Of a stretch of 64,000 bases of DNA, positions 19,131 through 29,344 are shown one piece after another. The first letter of the stretch is position 1; the number at the start of each line of letters is the position of its first letter. The notes below the pieces were generated by a model. It was not told the origin of the DNA. It worked only from the letters and a program-made list of their open reading frames with translations, and did no database searches. Source of the DNA: a virus; IMG/VR virus record IMGVR_UViG_3300037264_006630, positions 120,944 to 184,943 of that record. One strand, 5' to 3'. A program made the position numbers and the translations under genes.

Positions 19131-20327
19131 ATGGACCTACCCCGCCACGATCAACTGGTCCGCGTGTACGCCGCCGAGCTCCTCGACGCGAACCCCAACG
19201 TCGCGCTCGATGCCGTCCTCCGTGACGGGCTGGACGCCAACCTGCTCGCTCACGGCGCCGCGGCCATGGGTGACGAGGTCGTCTCGCAGCTCTCCGACGT
19301 CGCGCGGAACCTGATCATGGAGACGGCCACCGGCCCCGGTGCCACGCGGCTGGGCCTCTCACAACACGGGCTTCTCCCCAAGCCAGCGGCGGCGCCGTTC
19401 GTCGACCAGTTCTTCTACCGTGCGGGGCTCGCGGCGGTCGTCACCGCGTTCACGATCCCGGCCGGCACCAAGATCCGATCCGCCGACGGCAAGCAGTACG
19501 AGACGGTGCTGGATCTAGCGATCGCCGCCGGCACCACGGTCCCGCAGTCGGTGCGCGCGCGCTCGACCCTGGCGGGGTCGTCGCAGGCGGTCGCCGCCAA
19601 CAAGCTGACCTCGATCACGTCGACCATCCCCGGCGCTCCGACCGACCTCATCACGATCAACCTCCAGGCGTCGGCCGGCGGCGCCGATGCCGAGCGCGAG
19701 GACGACTACAAGAACCGCTGCAAGGCCGAGCCGCGCAGCCGCGCGCGGGGGACCCGGGACGCGCTGGTGTCCGGGGCCCTGCTCTACCCGGGCGTGGTGA
19801 GGGCCACCGCGTTCGAGGGCATCGACTCCAACGGCCGGGCAAACCGGCTGGTGGGCATCGTGATCTCGGACCAGTTCGTCGACTCGCTGGTCCGCCAGGG
19901 CGTCTCGTTGCCGACCTACGATTCGCAGTCCCAGGCGTTCGCGCGTGTCGTGGAGCGCTACCTCGACGAGTACCGCGCGTACGGCATCCACGTCTCGGTG
20001 ATCGTGGCGCAGGTCGCCATGGTGTCGACCACCCTGCGTCTGCGCTTCCGCGCCAACGCCAACACCGAGCGGACCAAGCTGGCCGCCGCCGCCACGGTGG
20101 TCAACTACGTCAACGCGCTGGCGTCGGGACAGCCCTACGTGCCGAGCGCGATCGTCACCGCCCTGCGCGCCGTGAACGGGCTGGATGTGCGCGGCGACGA
20201 GATCGAGAACCCGGCCGGGACCATCGTCACGAGCTCGCCCTACCAGGTGCTCCGCACCAACCTGTCGCTGGTCCACTTCTCGACTGGCACCGGCACCGAG
20301 TCGGCCTTCAACATCATCACCGTCTGA
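19131..20327 (+). CDS. baseplate J-like protein
   Basis: TIPAGTKIRSADGKQYET, AGGADAEREDDYKNR and GVVRATAFE motifs. Confidence 0.8.
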   Translation: MDLPRHDQLVRVYAAELLDANPNVALDAVLRDGLDANLLAHGAAAMGDEVVSQLSDVARNLIMETATGPGATRLGLSQHGLLPKPAAAPFVDQFFYRAGLAAVVTAFTIPAGTKIRSADGKQYETVLDLAIAAGTTVPQSVRARSTLAGSSQAVAANKLTSITSTIPGAPTDLITINLQASAGGADAEREDDYKNRCKAEPRSRARGTRDALVSGALLYPGVVRATAFEGIDSNGRANRLVGIVISDQFVDSLVRQGVSLPTYDSQSQAFARVVERYLDEYRAYGIHVSVIVAQVAMVSTTLRLRFRANANTERTKLAAAATVVNYVNALASGQPYVPSAIVTALRAVNGLDVRGDEIENPAGTIVTSSPYQVLRTNLSLVHFSTGTGTESAFNIITV

Positions 20328-20329
20328 CC

Positions 20330-21484
20330 ATGGCCCCGCCCACCCCATTCAGTCTCACCCAGGAGCAGTTGCTCGCTGTCGCGCGGCGCGCGCTCGGCCC
20401 CTACGCCGAGCAGCTCGAGGCGGCCGGCACCGGCGGCTGGGAAATCCTGCGCGCCAACGCGGCGATGTTCGCGCGCATCTCGCTGGCGATCGGTCGCTGG
20501 GAGCTCGAGGCATCGCCGTCAACCGCAACCGGCCCGGCCCGCGCCACCGTCGCGGTCACCTTCAACCGGCCGACCTTCGCGGCGGGCGCGGTCACCGTGA
20601 AGGCCGGCACCCTCGTGCGGGCGCGCACCAGCGGGGCGGTCTTCAAGACCCTCACCGATGCGGTCTTCGGGGCATCCGCTCTGGGCCCGGTCACCGTGAC
20701 GGCCGAGGCAGTTGGCGCCTCCGAGGAGTGGAACGTGATGGGCCAGTACGTGGCGCCGAGCGGCGACGTGCTGCGCGGTGAGATCGACACCATCGATCTG
20801 GCGCTCCTCGATCCGCCACTCGGCGACCAGTCGATCACCGTCGAGAACATCCCGAGCGCCGAGGGCGGACGGGTCGGATTCCTCGACATCCACGGCGCCT
20901 CCGTCCTTGTCGAGCGCACGCCGGGCGAGGCCGACGAGCACTACGCCCCGCGCGTGATGGCAGTCGCCGATGCGATTTCGCCCAACGCAGTGCGCCGGCA
21001 GATCCGACGTTTCTTCGACGGCATCGGCTACACCGAGGCCGACTGGTACCTGGTCGAGACCTGGGAGCACCGGTTCGCCGCCGTCTACGACGCGCCGCTT
21101 GCGTCGTTCACCTACTACCCCGACTACGACCCGTCGTTGTTCGCGTTCGATGACCCGCGCGACGCGTCGCCCATCCGCAACCGCTGGCTCGACATGCCCA
21201 ACGCCGAGGCGGCGGCCATCCTCGAGTTCAAGGATCTGTGCTCGGTCCGCGAGCATGGGTTCGCGATGGACGACCCCGCCAACACCCAGGCCGGGCTCGT
21301 CACCGCGCTCGGCTCGCGGGCCACGCCGGCCTTCGACCTCGACGACAACGTGGTCACCGCCCGCCATTGCTGTTATGACGGGGGCGACTTCGAGCGCGAG
21401 AAGATCCTGCTCCGGCTCTCGGACCTCACCCGCAACATCACCGCGCTCGGCGTCAACGTGACGTTCGTCGCCCGAGGAGACTGA
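20330..21484 (+). CDS. second baseplate wedge protein containing a J-like domain
   Basis: VTVKAGTLVRARTSGAVFKTLTDAVF..VTVTAEAVG repeats the J-like pattern. Confidence 0.6.
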   Translation: MAPPTPFSLTQEQLLAVARRALGPYAEQLEAAGTGGWEILRANAAMFARISLAIGRWELEASPSTATGPARATVAVTFNRPTFAAGAVTVKAGTLVRARTSGAVFKTLTDAVFGASALGPVTVTAEAVGASEEWNVMGQYVAPSGDVLRGEIDTIDLALLDPPLGDQSITVENIPSAEGGRVGFLDIHGASVLVERTPGEADEHYAPRVMAVADAISPNAVRRQIRRFFDGIGYTEADWYLVETWEHRFAAVYDAPLASFTYYPDYDPSLFAFDDPRDASPIRNRWLDMPNAEAAAILEFKDLCSVREHGFAMDDPANTQAGLVTALGSRATPAFDLDDNVVTARHCCYDGGDFEREKILLRLSDLTRNITALGVNVTFVARGD

Positions 21485-21486
21485 CC

Positions 21487-22665
21487 ATGGCTGACCAGGT
21501 GTTCGACCGCGCTCCGATTGGCTACCTGGAGAAGCCGATCTCGGACGACTTCAACCGCGCCCAGAGCCAGTTCGACCGGACGATCCGCGAGGTGGTGATG
21601 CAGATCCTGGGCGGGCGGGCGGCCGACACTTCGGAAGCTCTCGCCCCCCAGAACGTGTGCTGGAACTCCGGGTTCGAGCTCGTGCCGAGCTCGCCGGCCG
21701 CGATGACCGTGCAGGTCAACGCGGGTCTGGCATGGCAGTACCTCACCAGCGGAACAGCCACCGACATCGGCGTGCCGGACCTGATCGGGGTCGACGACCT
21801 CGCGACCTACCGACCGCTTCTCTTGACCACGCCCCAGGTCTTCTCGGTGCCGAGTGTGTCGGTGCCGAACAACCGCATCGACATCATCGAGGTTCGTGCC
21901 GACCGGCAACTGATCGACTCGCTGACCCGTCGCCAACTCGACCCGGTCACGGGTAGCTTCGACCCGCACAACTACTACAAGACGCTGACCCACCTTATCA
22001 ACGGGCTCACCGGCACGGTGGCGGCGCCGGCCGTTTCCACGGCGCCGATCTCGTACGTGACCGGGGTTGCCGCGGGGGCGCCCACGGCGCCAACGGTCAC
22101 CTCCGGCTACTTCAAGCTGGCGGAGATCGTGGTGTCGAACACCACCACCACCATCACCGTTGCCGAGATCATCGATCGACGCAAGCTCGCCGCACCGGGT
22201 GGAGTGCTCGCCGGCAACTTCCGCCTGCGCGTCCAGTACAACGCCGGCACCCCCATCTACACCTGGCGGTCGGTGTGCCTGCCGCCCGGGGTGCAGATCG
22301 CCGCTGGCATCCAGCCTGGCGCCGCCGCCAACCGGGCGTTCGTTCGGATCTACCTTATCGCTGGTGGTGTCACCGAGTTCGCCGGGATCACGAAGGGCAC
22401 CAACTACGCGGCCTCGCCTTCCGGTCTGCTCGTCTCCGACATGCGGCCGAGCGCCGTCTCCACGGACTACATCGTGACGGCCGACGCGACGCTCAAGGCG
22501 GCGATCCTCGCGGCGACGCCGAGCACGGTGGTCGCCGTTGGCCAGCCGGTCGTCGTCATCGACCACAAGTCGACGTACTCCAGTGCGATCGGCGTCTTCG
22601 ATGCCACGAACTCCTTTCTCGACGACATCGAGATTCAGGGGAACGTCGCGCTCTCTTACCTCTGA
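21487..22665 (+). CDS. tail fibre/fibre-attachment protein
   Basis: position after the wedge genes; VQVNAGLAW, NRIDII and KLAEIVV motifs. Confidence 0.55.
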   Translation: MADQVFDRAPIGYLEKPISDDFNRAQSQFDRTIREVVMQILGGRAADTSEALAPQNVCWNSGFELVPSSPAAMTVQVNAGLAWQYLTSGTATDIGVPDLIGVDDLATYRPLLLTTPQVFSVPSVSVPNNRIDIIEVRADRQLIDSLTRRQLDPVTGSFDPHNYYKTLTHLINGLTGTVAAPAVSTAPISYVTGVAAGAPTAPTVTSGYFKLAEIVVSNTTTTITVAEIIDRRKLAAPGGVLAGNFRLRVQYNAGTPIYTWRSVCLPPGVQIAAGIQPGAAANRAFVRIYLIAGGVTEFAGITKGTNYAASPSGLLVSDMRPSAVSTDYIVTADATLKAAILAATPSTVVAVGQPVVVIDHKSTYSSAIGVFDATNSFLDDIEIQGNVALSYL

Positions 22666-22680
22666 GGGGTGGATCTAGCC

Positions 22681-23178
22681 ATGGGACTCAGCGTCGCTCG
22701 CGTCACCTTCAATCTCCGGGTCCAGTGGAACTCGGGGCATCCGCTCTATGCGTTCCGGCTGTTCGAGTCGGAGAACCTACCGGTGGTCGGCCAGATTGCG
22801 GCTGGTCGCATCCCCAAGGTCAGCGACCGCGGACTGGCGGCGATCTACATCGAAGCAGGGCCGGTGCGGGATGTCGCCTTCAACATCCAGACGATGCCCG
22901 GCATCACGGCCCCGACCGGCATCATCTACGGGAACACCCGCCCTCGAGTCGCCGGCAGTCCCGAGGGCGCCGAGTACGTGATCGCTGCTGACCAGACTCT
23001 GCTGGATGAGATCACGCAGACGGCTGCTCCTGCGATGAACCTCGCCCTGGGGCAGCCAGTCGTCGCCCTCTACCACTATCCGTTCTACTCGGCGGCCAGC
23101 CTCACGGTGAACGCGAGCAACGACGATCTGTTCCTGAACGACGTCGAGATCCACGGCACCGTCACCCTCGCCTACTGA
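22681..23178 (+). CDS. stand-alone paralogue of the C-terminal domain of 21487..22665
   Basis: FNLRVQWNSGHPLY..FLNDVEIHGTVTLAY versus FRLRVQYNAGTPIY..FLDDIEIQGNVALSY. Confidence 0.7.
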   Translation: MGLSVARVTFNLRVQWNSGHPLYAFRLFESENLPVVGQIAAGRIPKVSDRGLAAIYIEAGPVRDVAFNIQTMPGITAPTGIIYGNTRPRVAGSPEGAEYVIAADQTLLDEITQTAAPAMNLALGQPVVALYHYPFYSAASLTVNASNDDLFLNDVEIHGTVTLAY

Positions 23179-23184
23179 GGTCCC

Positions 23185-24435
23185 ATGCCCGCCGCCGTCA
23201 TCGAGATCAACGCCGTCGCGGTCACGTCTTCGACGTTGCCGCTCAACACGCCTGTGCAGCTCTCGAACCAGGACATCGGCGGCGAGACCACGTACGCCTG
23301 GACCATCCTGAGCCAACCCGACGGCTCGCCGGTCGACGTCCTGTCGAACCCGGCGATCGAGAACCCGGTCTTCACCCCGACGCGCGAGGGCAGCTACCTC
23401 CTGCGGTTGGTGGTGAACGCGGGCGGCGGGGTGAACGAGAAGATCGGGTACGCGGTGGTCGGCGTGGTCATGCTGCGGACGCAGCTCCGCATGCCCGCAG
23501 GCGGGGAGATCCTCCAGTACAACACCGTGGTCGGCTGGGCGTTCGCGGTGAACAAGTGGCTGGAGATGCTCGACAAGCTCCGGGGTGACTCCAACGTGGT
23601 CATCTGCACGGCGACCGCGGCGATGGGGTTGGGATCGATCGTGCGCTACGCCAGTGCCACCGACATCATCAAGCCCGGCCTCTACGGGCAGGAGACGGTG
23701 ATGCGGGCGGCGCTGGCCACGGCGACAACGGTGGCGGCGGTGACGGGCGAGCTCGGCGTGGTGATCGCGGTGTGCGACGGCACGAGCATCGGCGCCGGCA
23801 AGCTCATCCTGGCGCGTCGGTTCGGCATGTCGGAGATCCGGCCGAGCGGCACGCCGACTGTCGGCGACTTCGTGCTCATCGACAACCTTGGCGGCCCGAG
23901 CCTGCTCTACACCGCCACCGTCCCCCGCATCGTGGGGCGCGTCATCGAGGTGAGCGGCGGCTTCTACACCTGGGTGATCGAGCCGGGTCACATCCTCGAG
24001 CGCCGGCCGACTTCGGCGCTCGAGTTCGAGATCTGGTCTGGCTCATCGTGGACCACGATCGGCGGCGGCGCCGGCGCGTCGGGTCCGGCGTTCAACACGA
24101 CCTCGGGGTCGGCGGCCGGGCTCCACGCGCCGCTCAAGGTCAACCAGGGCGAGGTGCTCTACGCGGTCACCCTGGACATCGACCAGGACACGGTGAGCAC
24201 GATCACCGCCCTCCTGTCCCGGGGCAACTACGTCGCGGGCGTCACGCAGTCCGACGCCATGGTGTCGCCGGCCAGCGCGACCCCGCAGATCTGGAACATC
24301 GTTCCGACCGGCGCCCTGGTCCTGCCCGCCGAGCTCACCGCCGACAACGCGTTCTGGCTGTTCATCTCGACCACCGGCGCCGGCAACAAGATCGTGTCCG
24401 GGGCCACCGCCTTCGTGCGGCCCGCCAGCCCCTGA
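23185..24435 (+). CDS. virion structural protein with N-terminal PKD/Ig-like domain
   Basis: YAWTILSQPDGS..NPVFTPTREGSYLLRLVVN. Confidence 0.6.
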   Translation: MPAAVIEINAVAVTSSTLPLNTPVQLSNQDIGGETTYAWTILSQPDGSPVDVLSNPAIENPVFTPTREGSYLLRLVVNAGGGVNEKIGYAVVGVVMLRTQLRMPAGGEILQYNTVVGWAFAVNKWLEMLDKLRGDSNVVICTATAAMGLGSIVRYASATDIIKPGLYGQETVMRAALATATTVAAVTGELGVVIAVCDGTSIGAGKLILARRFGMSEIRPSGTPTVGDFVLIDNLGGPSLLYTATVPRIVGRVIEVSGGFYTWVIEPGHILERRPTSALEFEIWSGSSWTTIGGGAGASGPAFNTTSGSAAGLHAPLKVNQGEVLYAVTLDIDQDTVSTITALLSRGNYVAGVTQSDAMVSPASATPQIWNIVPTGALVLPAELTADNAFWLFISTTGAGNKIVSGATAFVRPASP

Positions 24436-24446
24436 TCCTGGGCTTC

Positions 24447-24476
24447 TGGCGCGGCTTTCCCGATTCCGGGTAGCTT
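24447..24476 (+). promoter_or_regulatory. promoter spaced for a leaderless mRNA of the 807-aa fibre gene
   Basis: TGGCGC-18 nt-TAGCTT, 6 nt before GTG 24483; no SD. Confidence 0.45.
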
Positions 24477-24482
24477 CGGCGG

Positions 24483-26906
24483 GTGGTAATCCAGATCACC
24501 GGCGTGCTCGAGGACGGCGCCCCCGCCGCACAGTGGGTGCCGTTCGACGCGCGCGCGCCCATCGAGATCCCGTCCGGCATCACGACCACCATCGTCATGC
24601 GCCTGGTCACCCGCGCTGGCGTCGCCGTGCGACTGGCCAGCGGCGACCAGTTGCTCCTGACCGCCCGCGAGTCGACCATCCGGCCGTCGCGGCTCTACTT
24701 CACGGCATCCGCCGTGGCGGTCCCCGATCTCGGTCCGGGGATGTACCGGTTCACGATCCAGACCGACACCACCAAGTACCTGGGTGGCCTGAACGGCGTC
24801 TACGACGTGCGCTTGGTGCGGTCGGGCTACGCCGACTCAGTCATCCCGACCAGCGCCATCCGCTTCCCCGGGGTCGCGGCGGCGGCAGTTCCGGCACCGG
24901 CGGTGGGCCCGGTCATCCTCGATCTATCGCCGGCCGATCTGGGCCCGTCGGTCCAGTCGATCCCGACCACGATCGCCGCCGCCAACGCACTCAGCGGCGC
25001 CACGTTCACGGAGATCTGGAAGTGCAACGCCACGAGCGGCAACCTCGTCGGCGCGAACGGGGCCGTGCTCACGAGTGGGGGGAGCGCCGCCAATCGCTAC
25101 GCCAAGATGGTGCCAGCGTGGGACGGCACCGACTACACGAGCAGCTACCGCGCGATCGAATTCGCCGGCACCGACTCGACGGCGCAGAGCTTCGCTGCTT
25201 CCAGCGGTGCCGCCTACGGCCTCTCGCAGTCCGTGACGTGGGTGATGGCGGTCCGGCTTCCTCGAGCGCTCGGTGGTACGCGAGGGATCTTCGGGTGCAA
25301 GAGCTCGTCTGACGCGACCGGAGTCGGCTATTGTGCGCAGATGTCGTCGGGCGGCGCGCCGACGCTGGTGGTCTCCGACGGATCGACGTCGGCGACGGCG
25401 CAGACCGTCGGGGTCCTCACCGAGCAAGACGCGCTCGCCAACGGCTCCATCCAGTGGATGGCGTTCCAGATGAACCTGACCACTGGCCTCGCCACGGTCA
25501 TGGCCTATCGGGCCGTCGGCACGCCCGTCGTGATGCCAGCCGGAAGTAAAGTCGCAGCGACGGCGTGGCGCCTGGGCGGCCAGCCCTACCTCTTCTCTGG
25601 CGAGGGTCTCCAGGTGCTGTGGATGGGGGTCCTCCTCGGAACCAACGCCGAAGCCTTCACGCTCTCGATGTTGAACGCGATGGACAACGTGTGCCGCGCC
25701 CCGGCGGCTCTCGCTGGCCACGTCCGCTACTCCTGCCTTGCGCCGATCATCGGTAGCGACGCCACCGGCGTGCGGGTGCAGATGCTGGCTGGCTCGGCGG
25801 TGACGCCGAGCAAGATCGACTTCGCGCACGCCTACGCCGCCGCGGCGACCTCGCCCGGCAAGATCGGGATCCTCTGCGAGCGAGGCACCACCATCGCCGT
25901 CGACAACACGACGACGTTGCAGCGGCGCAACCGGCTGCTCAACAGCGACGACTTCGCCAACGCGAGTTGGGTGAAGACCAACGTCACGCCCGTTGCTCGA
26001 GCTGGCGAGGATCCGGCGGGCTTTCACGGTGCGGCGTCACTCACCGCGTCGGCAGGCAGCGGCACCGTGACGCAGAACTTCACGGGCACGGCCAGTGAGA
26101 CGCACACGAACAGCTTCTTCGGGCAGCGCAACCAGGGGACGGACGTCGCAGCTCGACTCTCGCTCTACGACGTCACCGGCGCGCCAGTCGAACTGGCCGG
26201 CGTCAACATCACGATCGGCGCGCTGCGTGAGCGGTTCGCGATCGAGGTGCCGGCGGCGACCATCGGCGCCGTGACCGCGCTCCAGTGGCGCCTCACGATC
26301 ACGACGAGCGGCCACTCCATCTTCGCGTGGGGCGGCCAGGCGCAGATGGGCTGGCTGGGCAGCTACCAGCCGCAGCGGGCCGCACTGATCAGCGCCGACG
26401 ACACCGAGTTCTACATCGACAACGCCGCCGGCCAAGCGTTCGATATCGTCGGTGGTCGCGTCGAGGTGACGTGTACCGGGCACCACGCCACCGTCGACAG
26501 CACCGGCTGCTACGTCTTCTCGACGAACACCGGCGCGGCGAATGAGGATCGGTTCGTCGTCCAGCGGGACGCCCTGCGCTCGACGTATCCGCACGACTCG
26601 CAGCACCGCAACGCCGCGGGGACTATCATCGCGCAGATCGCCCGGCCGACCGCGTTCCACACCGCCGAGATCACCTACGCGCACGAGTGGGACTCGCGCT
26701 TGCCGATCATCGGTGAGTCGGTCCGCGCGCTCGACGACGTGGGCGCCGTGCGCTACCGCAGCGACGCGGCGTCCGTGGTCCATGCAACTACGGCGTGGAC
26801 GACCGGGTCTGCGGCGGATCGACTGACGCTGGGGATGCGGCATAACAACGTGGCGCATCTCGAAGGAATCATCACGGCTGTGCGGACGTACGGGCGGGCG
26901 ACGTGA
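24483..26906 (+). CDS. receptor-binding/tail fibre protein with LamG/ConA-like domain
   Basis: 807 aa, beta-rich; IWKCNATSGNL and NRLLNSDDFANASWVKTNVT fibre motifs. Confidence 0.6.
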   Translation: MVIQITGVLEDGAPAAQWVPFDARAPIEIPSGITTTIVMRLVTRAGVAVRLASGDQLLLTARESTIRPSRLYFTASAVAVPDLGPGMYRFTIQTDTTKYLGGLNGVYDVRLVRSGYADSVIPTSAIRFPGVAAAAVPAPAVGPVILDLSPADLGPSVQSIPTTIAAANALSGATFTEIWKCNATSGNLVGANGAVLTSGGSAANRYAKMVPAWDGTDYTSSYRAIEFAGTDSTAQSFAASSGAAYGLSQSVTWVMAVRLPRALGGTRGIFGCKSSSDATGVGYCAQMSSGGAPTLVVSDGSTSATAQTVGVLTEQDALANGSIQWMAFQMNLTTGLATVMAYRAVGTPVVMPAGSKVAATAWRLGGQPYLFSGEGLQVLWMGVLLGTNAEAFTLSMLNAMDNVCRAPAALAGHVRYSCLAPIIGSDATGVRVQMLAGSAVTPSKIDFAHAYAAAATSPGKIGILCERGTTIAVDNTTTLQRRNRLLNSDDFANASWVKTNVTPVARAGEDPAGFHGAASLTASAGSGTVTQNFTGTASETHTNSFFGQRNQGTDVAARLSLYDVTGAPVELAGVNITIGALRERFAIEVPAATIGAVTALQWRLTITTSGHSIFAWGGQAQMGWLGSYQPQRAALISADDTEFYIDNAAGQAFDIVGGRVEVTCTGHHATVDSTGCYVFSTNTGAANEDRFVVQRDALRSTYPHDSQHRNAAGTIIAQIARPTAFHTAEITYAHEWDSRLPIIGESVRALDDVGAVRYRSDAASVVHATTAWTTGSAADRLTLGMRHNNVAHLEGIITAVRTYGRAT

Positions 26907-27364
26907 TGCAGCCCACCGCGACCACGGCCTCCACGGGTCAACCGGTCCCGTCGCAGCACATCGTCGACAACAACAGCATGGCGGTGACCGGCATGCTCAT
27001 CGGCGCGATCATCGCGCTGGCGGGCGCCATCGCGGTCCTGTGGCGTCGCAGCGAGCGCCGTGCCGAGCGCCAACTCAAGGTGGCCGAGGAGACCCGCGAA
27101 CGCGACGCCAAGGCGGCGGCCGAGGCGCTGGCGCGCGAGGTGGCCCGCACGAACGAACTCGCCAGGGAGCTCGCTGCCACCCGCAGGGAGTTCACGTTGG
27201 TCCTCGAGAAGCAGCGCGAAGACTTCGGGAAGATGCTGCACGACACCGTGACGCGGCAAGCCGAGGCCGACCGCACGCGGGACGCCACCATGGCCGACCT
27301 GGTCCAGCGTCTCTCGGTCGTCCTGGATGCTGCCCAACGGCGCATGGTACGAGTCAAGGGATGA
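26906..27364 (+). CDS. holin-like membrane protein (one TM plus coiled coil)
   Basis: MLIGAIIALAGAIAVLWRR TM segment; first gene after the fibre genes. Confidence 0.5.
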   Translation: MQPTATTASTGQPVPSQHIVDNNSMAVTGMLIGAIIALAGAIAVLWRRSERRAERQLKVAEETRERDAKAAAEALAREVARTNELARELAATRREFTLVLEKQREDFGKMLHDTVTRQAEADRTRDATMADLVQRLSVVLDAAQRRMVRVKG

Positions 27365-27681
27365 TCACCCCCAAGCGACGACTGCCCACGGACCCGCGCG
27401 AACGATCCATCGAGCTCGTTCGCCGCTCGGCGTCATCCCCGCAGGTCCCGCCAACCGGGCTCCCGCCTGACCTCGACGAGATGGTCCGCAAGGGTGAGCG
27501 CGAGCGCGCCGTTCTCTACGCTCGCGTGGACGATGTGCTCGACCGCTGCGACCGACTCGCCGAGTCCATCTCCTCCTCCGGGATCGTGGTCGACCTCATC
27601 GACGGCGGCGACGACAACAGCCTGGCCCACTCCATCGAGGGCCTGCACGACGCGCAGGCCGAGCTCGCCATCCACCACTGA
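27361..27681 (+). CDS. hypothetical protein
   Basis: ATGA coupling, good codon bias. Confidence 0.6.
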   Translation: MITPKRRLPTDPRERSIELVRRSASSPQVPPTGLPPDLDEMVRKGERERAVLYARVDDVLDRCDRLAESISSSGIVVDLIDGGDDNSLAHSIEGLHDAQAELAIHH

Positions 27682-27695
27682 CCCTCCGAGGCCCC

Positions 27696-28181
27696 GTGAA
27701 GTACATCATCCCCTTCCTCTGGGCCGCCGTCTGGCTGTGCCTGCTCGCCTCTTCGGCCTGTGCGCAGTCCGACGTGGGGACCGACCCCGGATTCCTCGCC
27801 GACCTCTACCGCGCGATGGTCCACGGCCAGCTCGGCTGGTGTGCGGGCCTGGCGCTCATCGCCATCATCGAGCCGGTCAAGCGACTCCTGCGGACGCGAA
27901 TCGCCTTCTTCGCAACCAAGGTCGGCGGCACGCTCCTGGCCTTCCTGATGGCGACCGTCACCGGCTGTGCGCATGCCCTCTCGGCCGGCGCTGCCTGGGA
28001 CCTTGATCTGGCGAGCGCCATCTTCCTCAACGCGGTGGTCGCCATCGGCGGCTACACGGCGATCAAGAAGACCCTGGTGGCGCAGTACCCCTGGCTCGAA
28101 AAGATCATCGGGGCCAAGCTCGAGCCTCCGAAGCCAGCGGTCGCGGCCGTCCCGTCCAACTTCGTTCGGGAGAGCGTCTGA
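27696..28181 (+). CDS. multi-TM holin-like protein
   Basis: 3-4 hydrophobic helices, in the lysis region. Confidence 0.55.
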   Translation: MKYIIPFLWAAVWLCLLASSACAQSDVGTDPGFLADLYRAMVHGQLGWCAGLALIAIIEPVKRLLRTRIAFFATKVGGTLLAFLMATVTGCAHALSAGAAWDLDLASAIFLNAVVAIGGYTAIKKTLVAQYPWLEKIIGAKLEPPKPAVAAVPSNFVRESV

Positions 28182-28513
28182 TGCCGACCGGAGATCTGCC
28201 GACCTGCACCTGCCTCCGGGCGTCCTGGCCGCCCTGGCTCGGGGCGTCGCCGTCCGACTGTCCGGTCCACCACCCGCGACACTTCGAGGTCGGCACGGCG
28301 CCGCAGGGTCGCCCGGAACCGTTCGTCATCGGCTCGGCCGCTCCGATCTCGACCATGGGCCCGAGTTGCCTCGCCGTGACCGCGGTGGTCGACCGGATGG
28401 AGGCGAGTGCCCGCGGCGGCGCCGTGCCCGAGGTGGCCGCGAGCCTCGAGCAGTGGGCAGCGGATCTGCGGGTCGCGCTCCGCGAGGGCTTCGGCCCGGG
28501 GGACGCATGCTGA
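28181..28513 (+). CDS. hypothetical protein
   Basis: coupled to both neighbours. Confidence 0.5.
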   Translation: MPTGDLPTCTCLRASWPPWLGASPSDCPVHHPRHFEVGTAPQGRPEPFVIGSAAPISTMGPSCLAVTAVVDRMEASARGGAVPEVAASLEQWAADLRVALREGFGPGDAC

Positions 28514-28893
28514 CCTGGGTGAGCGCCAAGGTGACCGCCTACCGCAAGCGCGGCTGGGTCTGGCGTGCCATCGCTGTGGGGCTGGTGGTGCTCACCGTCC
28601 TTATCGCCTGGGCGGTCTTGATGTGGAGGCGTCGAGCGCAGGCCGCCCGAGAGCACGAGTTGTTCGTGGCGCAGGTTGACGCGCGCGAGGCCGCCGAGCT
28701 GGCCCGCACGAACGCGGACGACGCACAGGTGGATGTGCTCAAGGAACGCGCCGCGGCGGCGGCGCGGCGCGAGGATCTGGCCGCTGCGGAAGCCGCGAGC
28801 GCACAACTGCGGCATGCAGAGGATCTCATTTCGATCGATCGTATTCGCTCTTGGTCTGATGTGCCTGACGGCCCACGCCGACCCGGTCTCTGA
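28507..28893 (+). CDS. i-spanin-like protein (N-terminal TM plus coiled coil)
   Basis: WRAIAVGLVVLTVLIAWAVLMW followed by an Ala-rich helix. Confidence 0.5.
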   Translation: MLTWVSAKVTAYRKRGWVWRAIAVGLVVLTVLIAWAVLMWRRRAQAAREHELFVAQVDAREAAELARTNADDAQVDVLKERAAAAARREDLAAAEAASAQLRHAEDLISIDRIRSWSDVPDGPRRPGL

Positions 28894-29305
28894 CCCGCCG
28901 CGGGAGTACGTCCCGGTCAACCTGCCGCAGTGCGAGAAGTACACGATCCCGGGCGTCGGGACCGTCTGCGGCTACTTCGACGTGGGGTCCTGGAAGGCCG
29001 TCTTGCGGGCCGATGCCGCGCTCACGCTGGCGCGCGCACAGGTTGACGCCACGGCCCGCCAGGCGGCGGCGGCGCACGAGGAGGCGGTAGCGCTCCGCGA
29101 CGCCCTGGCGCTACGCGAGGCGGCCCTGGACGCGAGCCAGCGCAGCTTGGTGCTCGAGCGGGCGAACCTCAAGGAGCGAGACTTGATGTACCGCCGAGAG
29201 CTTCACCGACCGCGGTGGGGCACCAAGTTGTCCTGGGGCCTCGCGCTGACCGCGACCGCAGCGGCAGTCGTGCTGGGCGCCGTGGTCTACGTGGACCACC
29301 GCTGA
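28814..29305 (+). CDS. spanin-like protein (signal peptide, coiled coil, C-terminal TM)
   Basis: MQRISFRSIVFALGLMCLTAHA signal; C-terminal hydrophobic helix; overlaps the previous gene by 80 nt. Confidence 0.45.
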   Translation: MQRISFRSIVFALGLMCLTAHADPVSDPPREYVPVNLPQCEKYTIPGVGTVCGYFDVGSWKAVLRADAALTLARAQVDATARQAAAAHEEAVALRDALALREAALDASQRSLVLERANLKERDLMYRRELHRPRWGTKLSWGLALTATAAAVVLGAVVYVDHR

Positions 29306-29344
29306 TCGGTTGACCTCGGCCGCGAGCAGTGGCATGGTGCCCTC

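Noticed and set aside
22216-23178. Diversity-generating retroelement TR/VR pair
   Set aside because: The similarity is at protein level only, with no adenine-specific near-identical DNA repeat, and there is no reverse transcriptase in the window.
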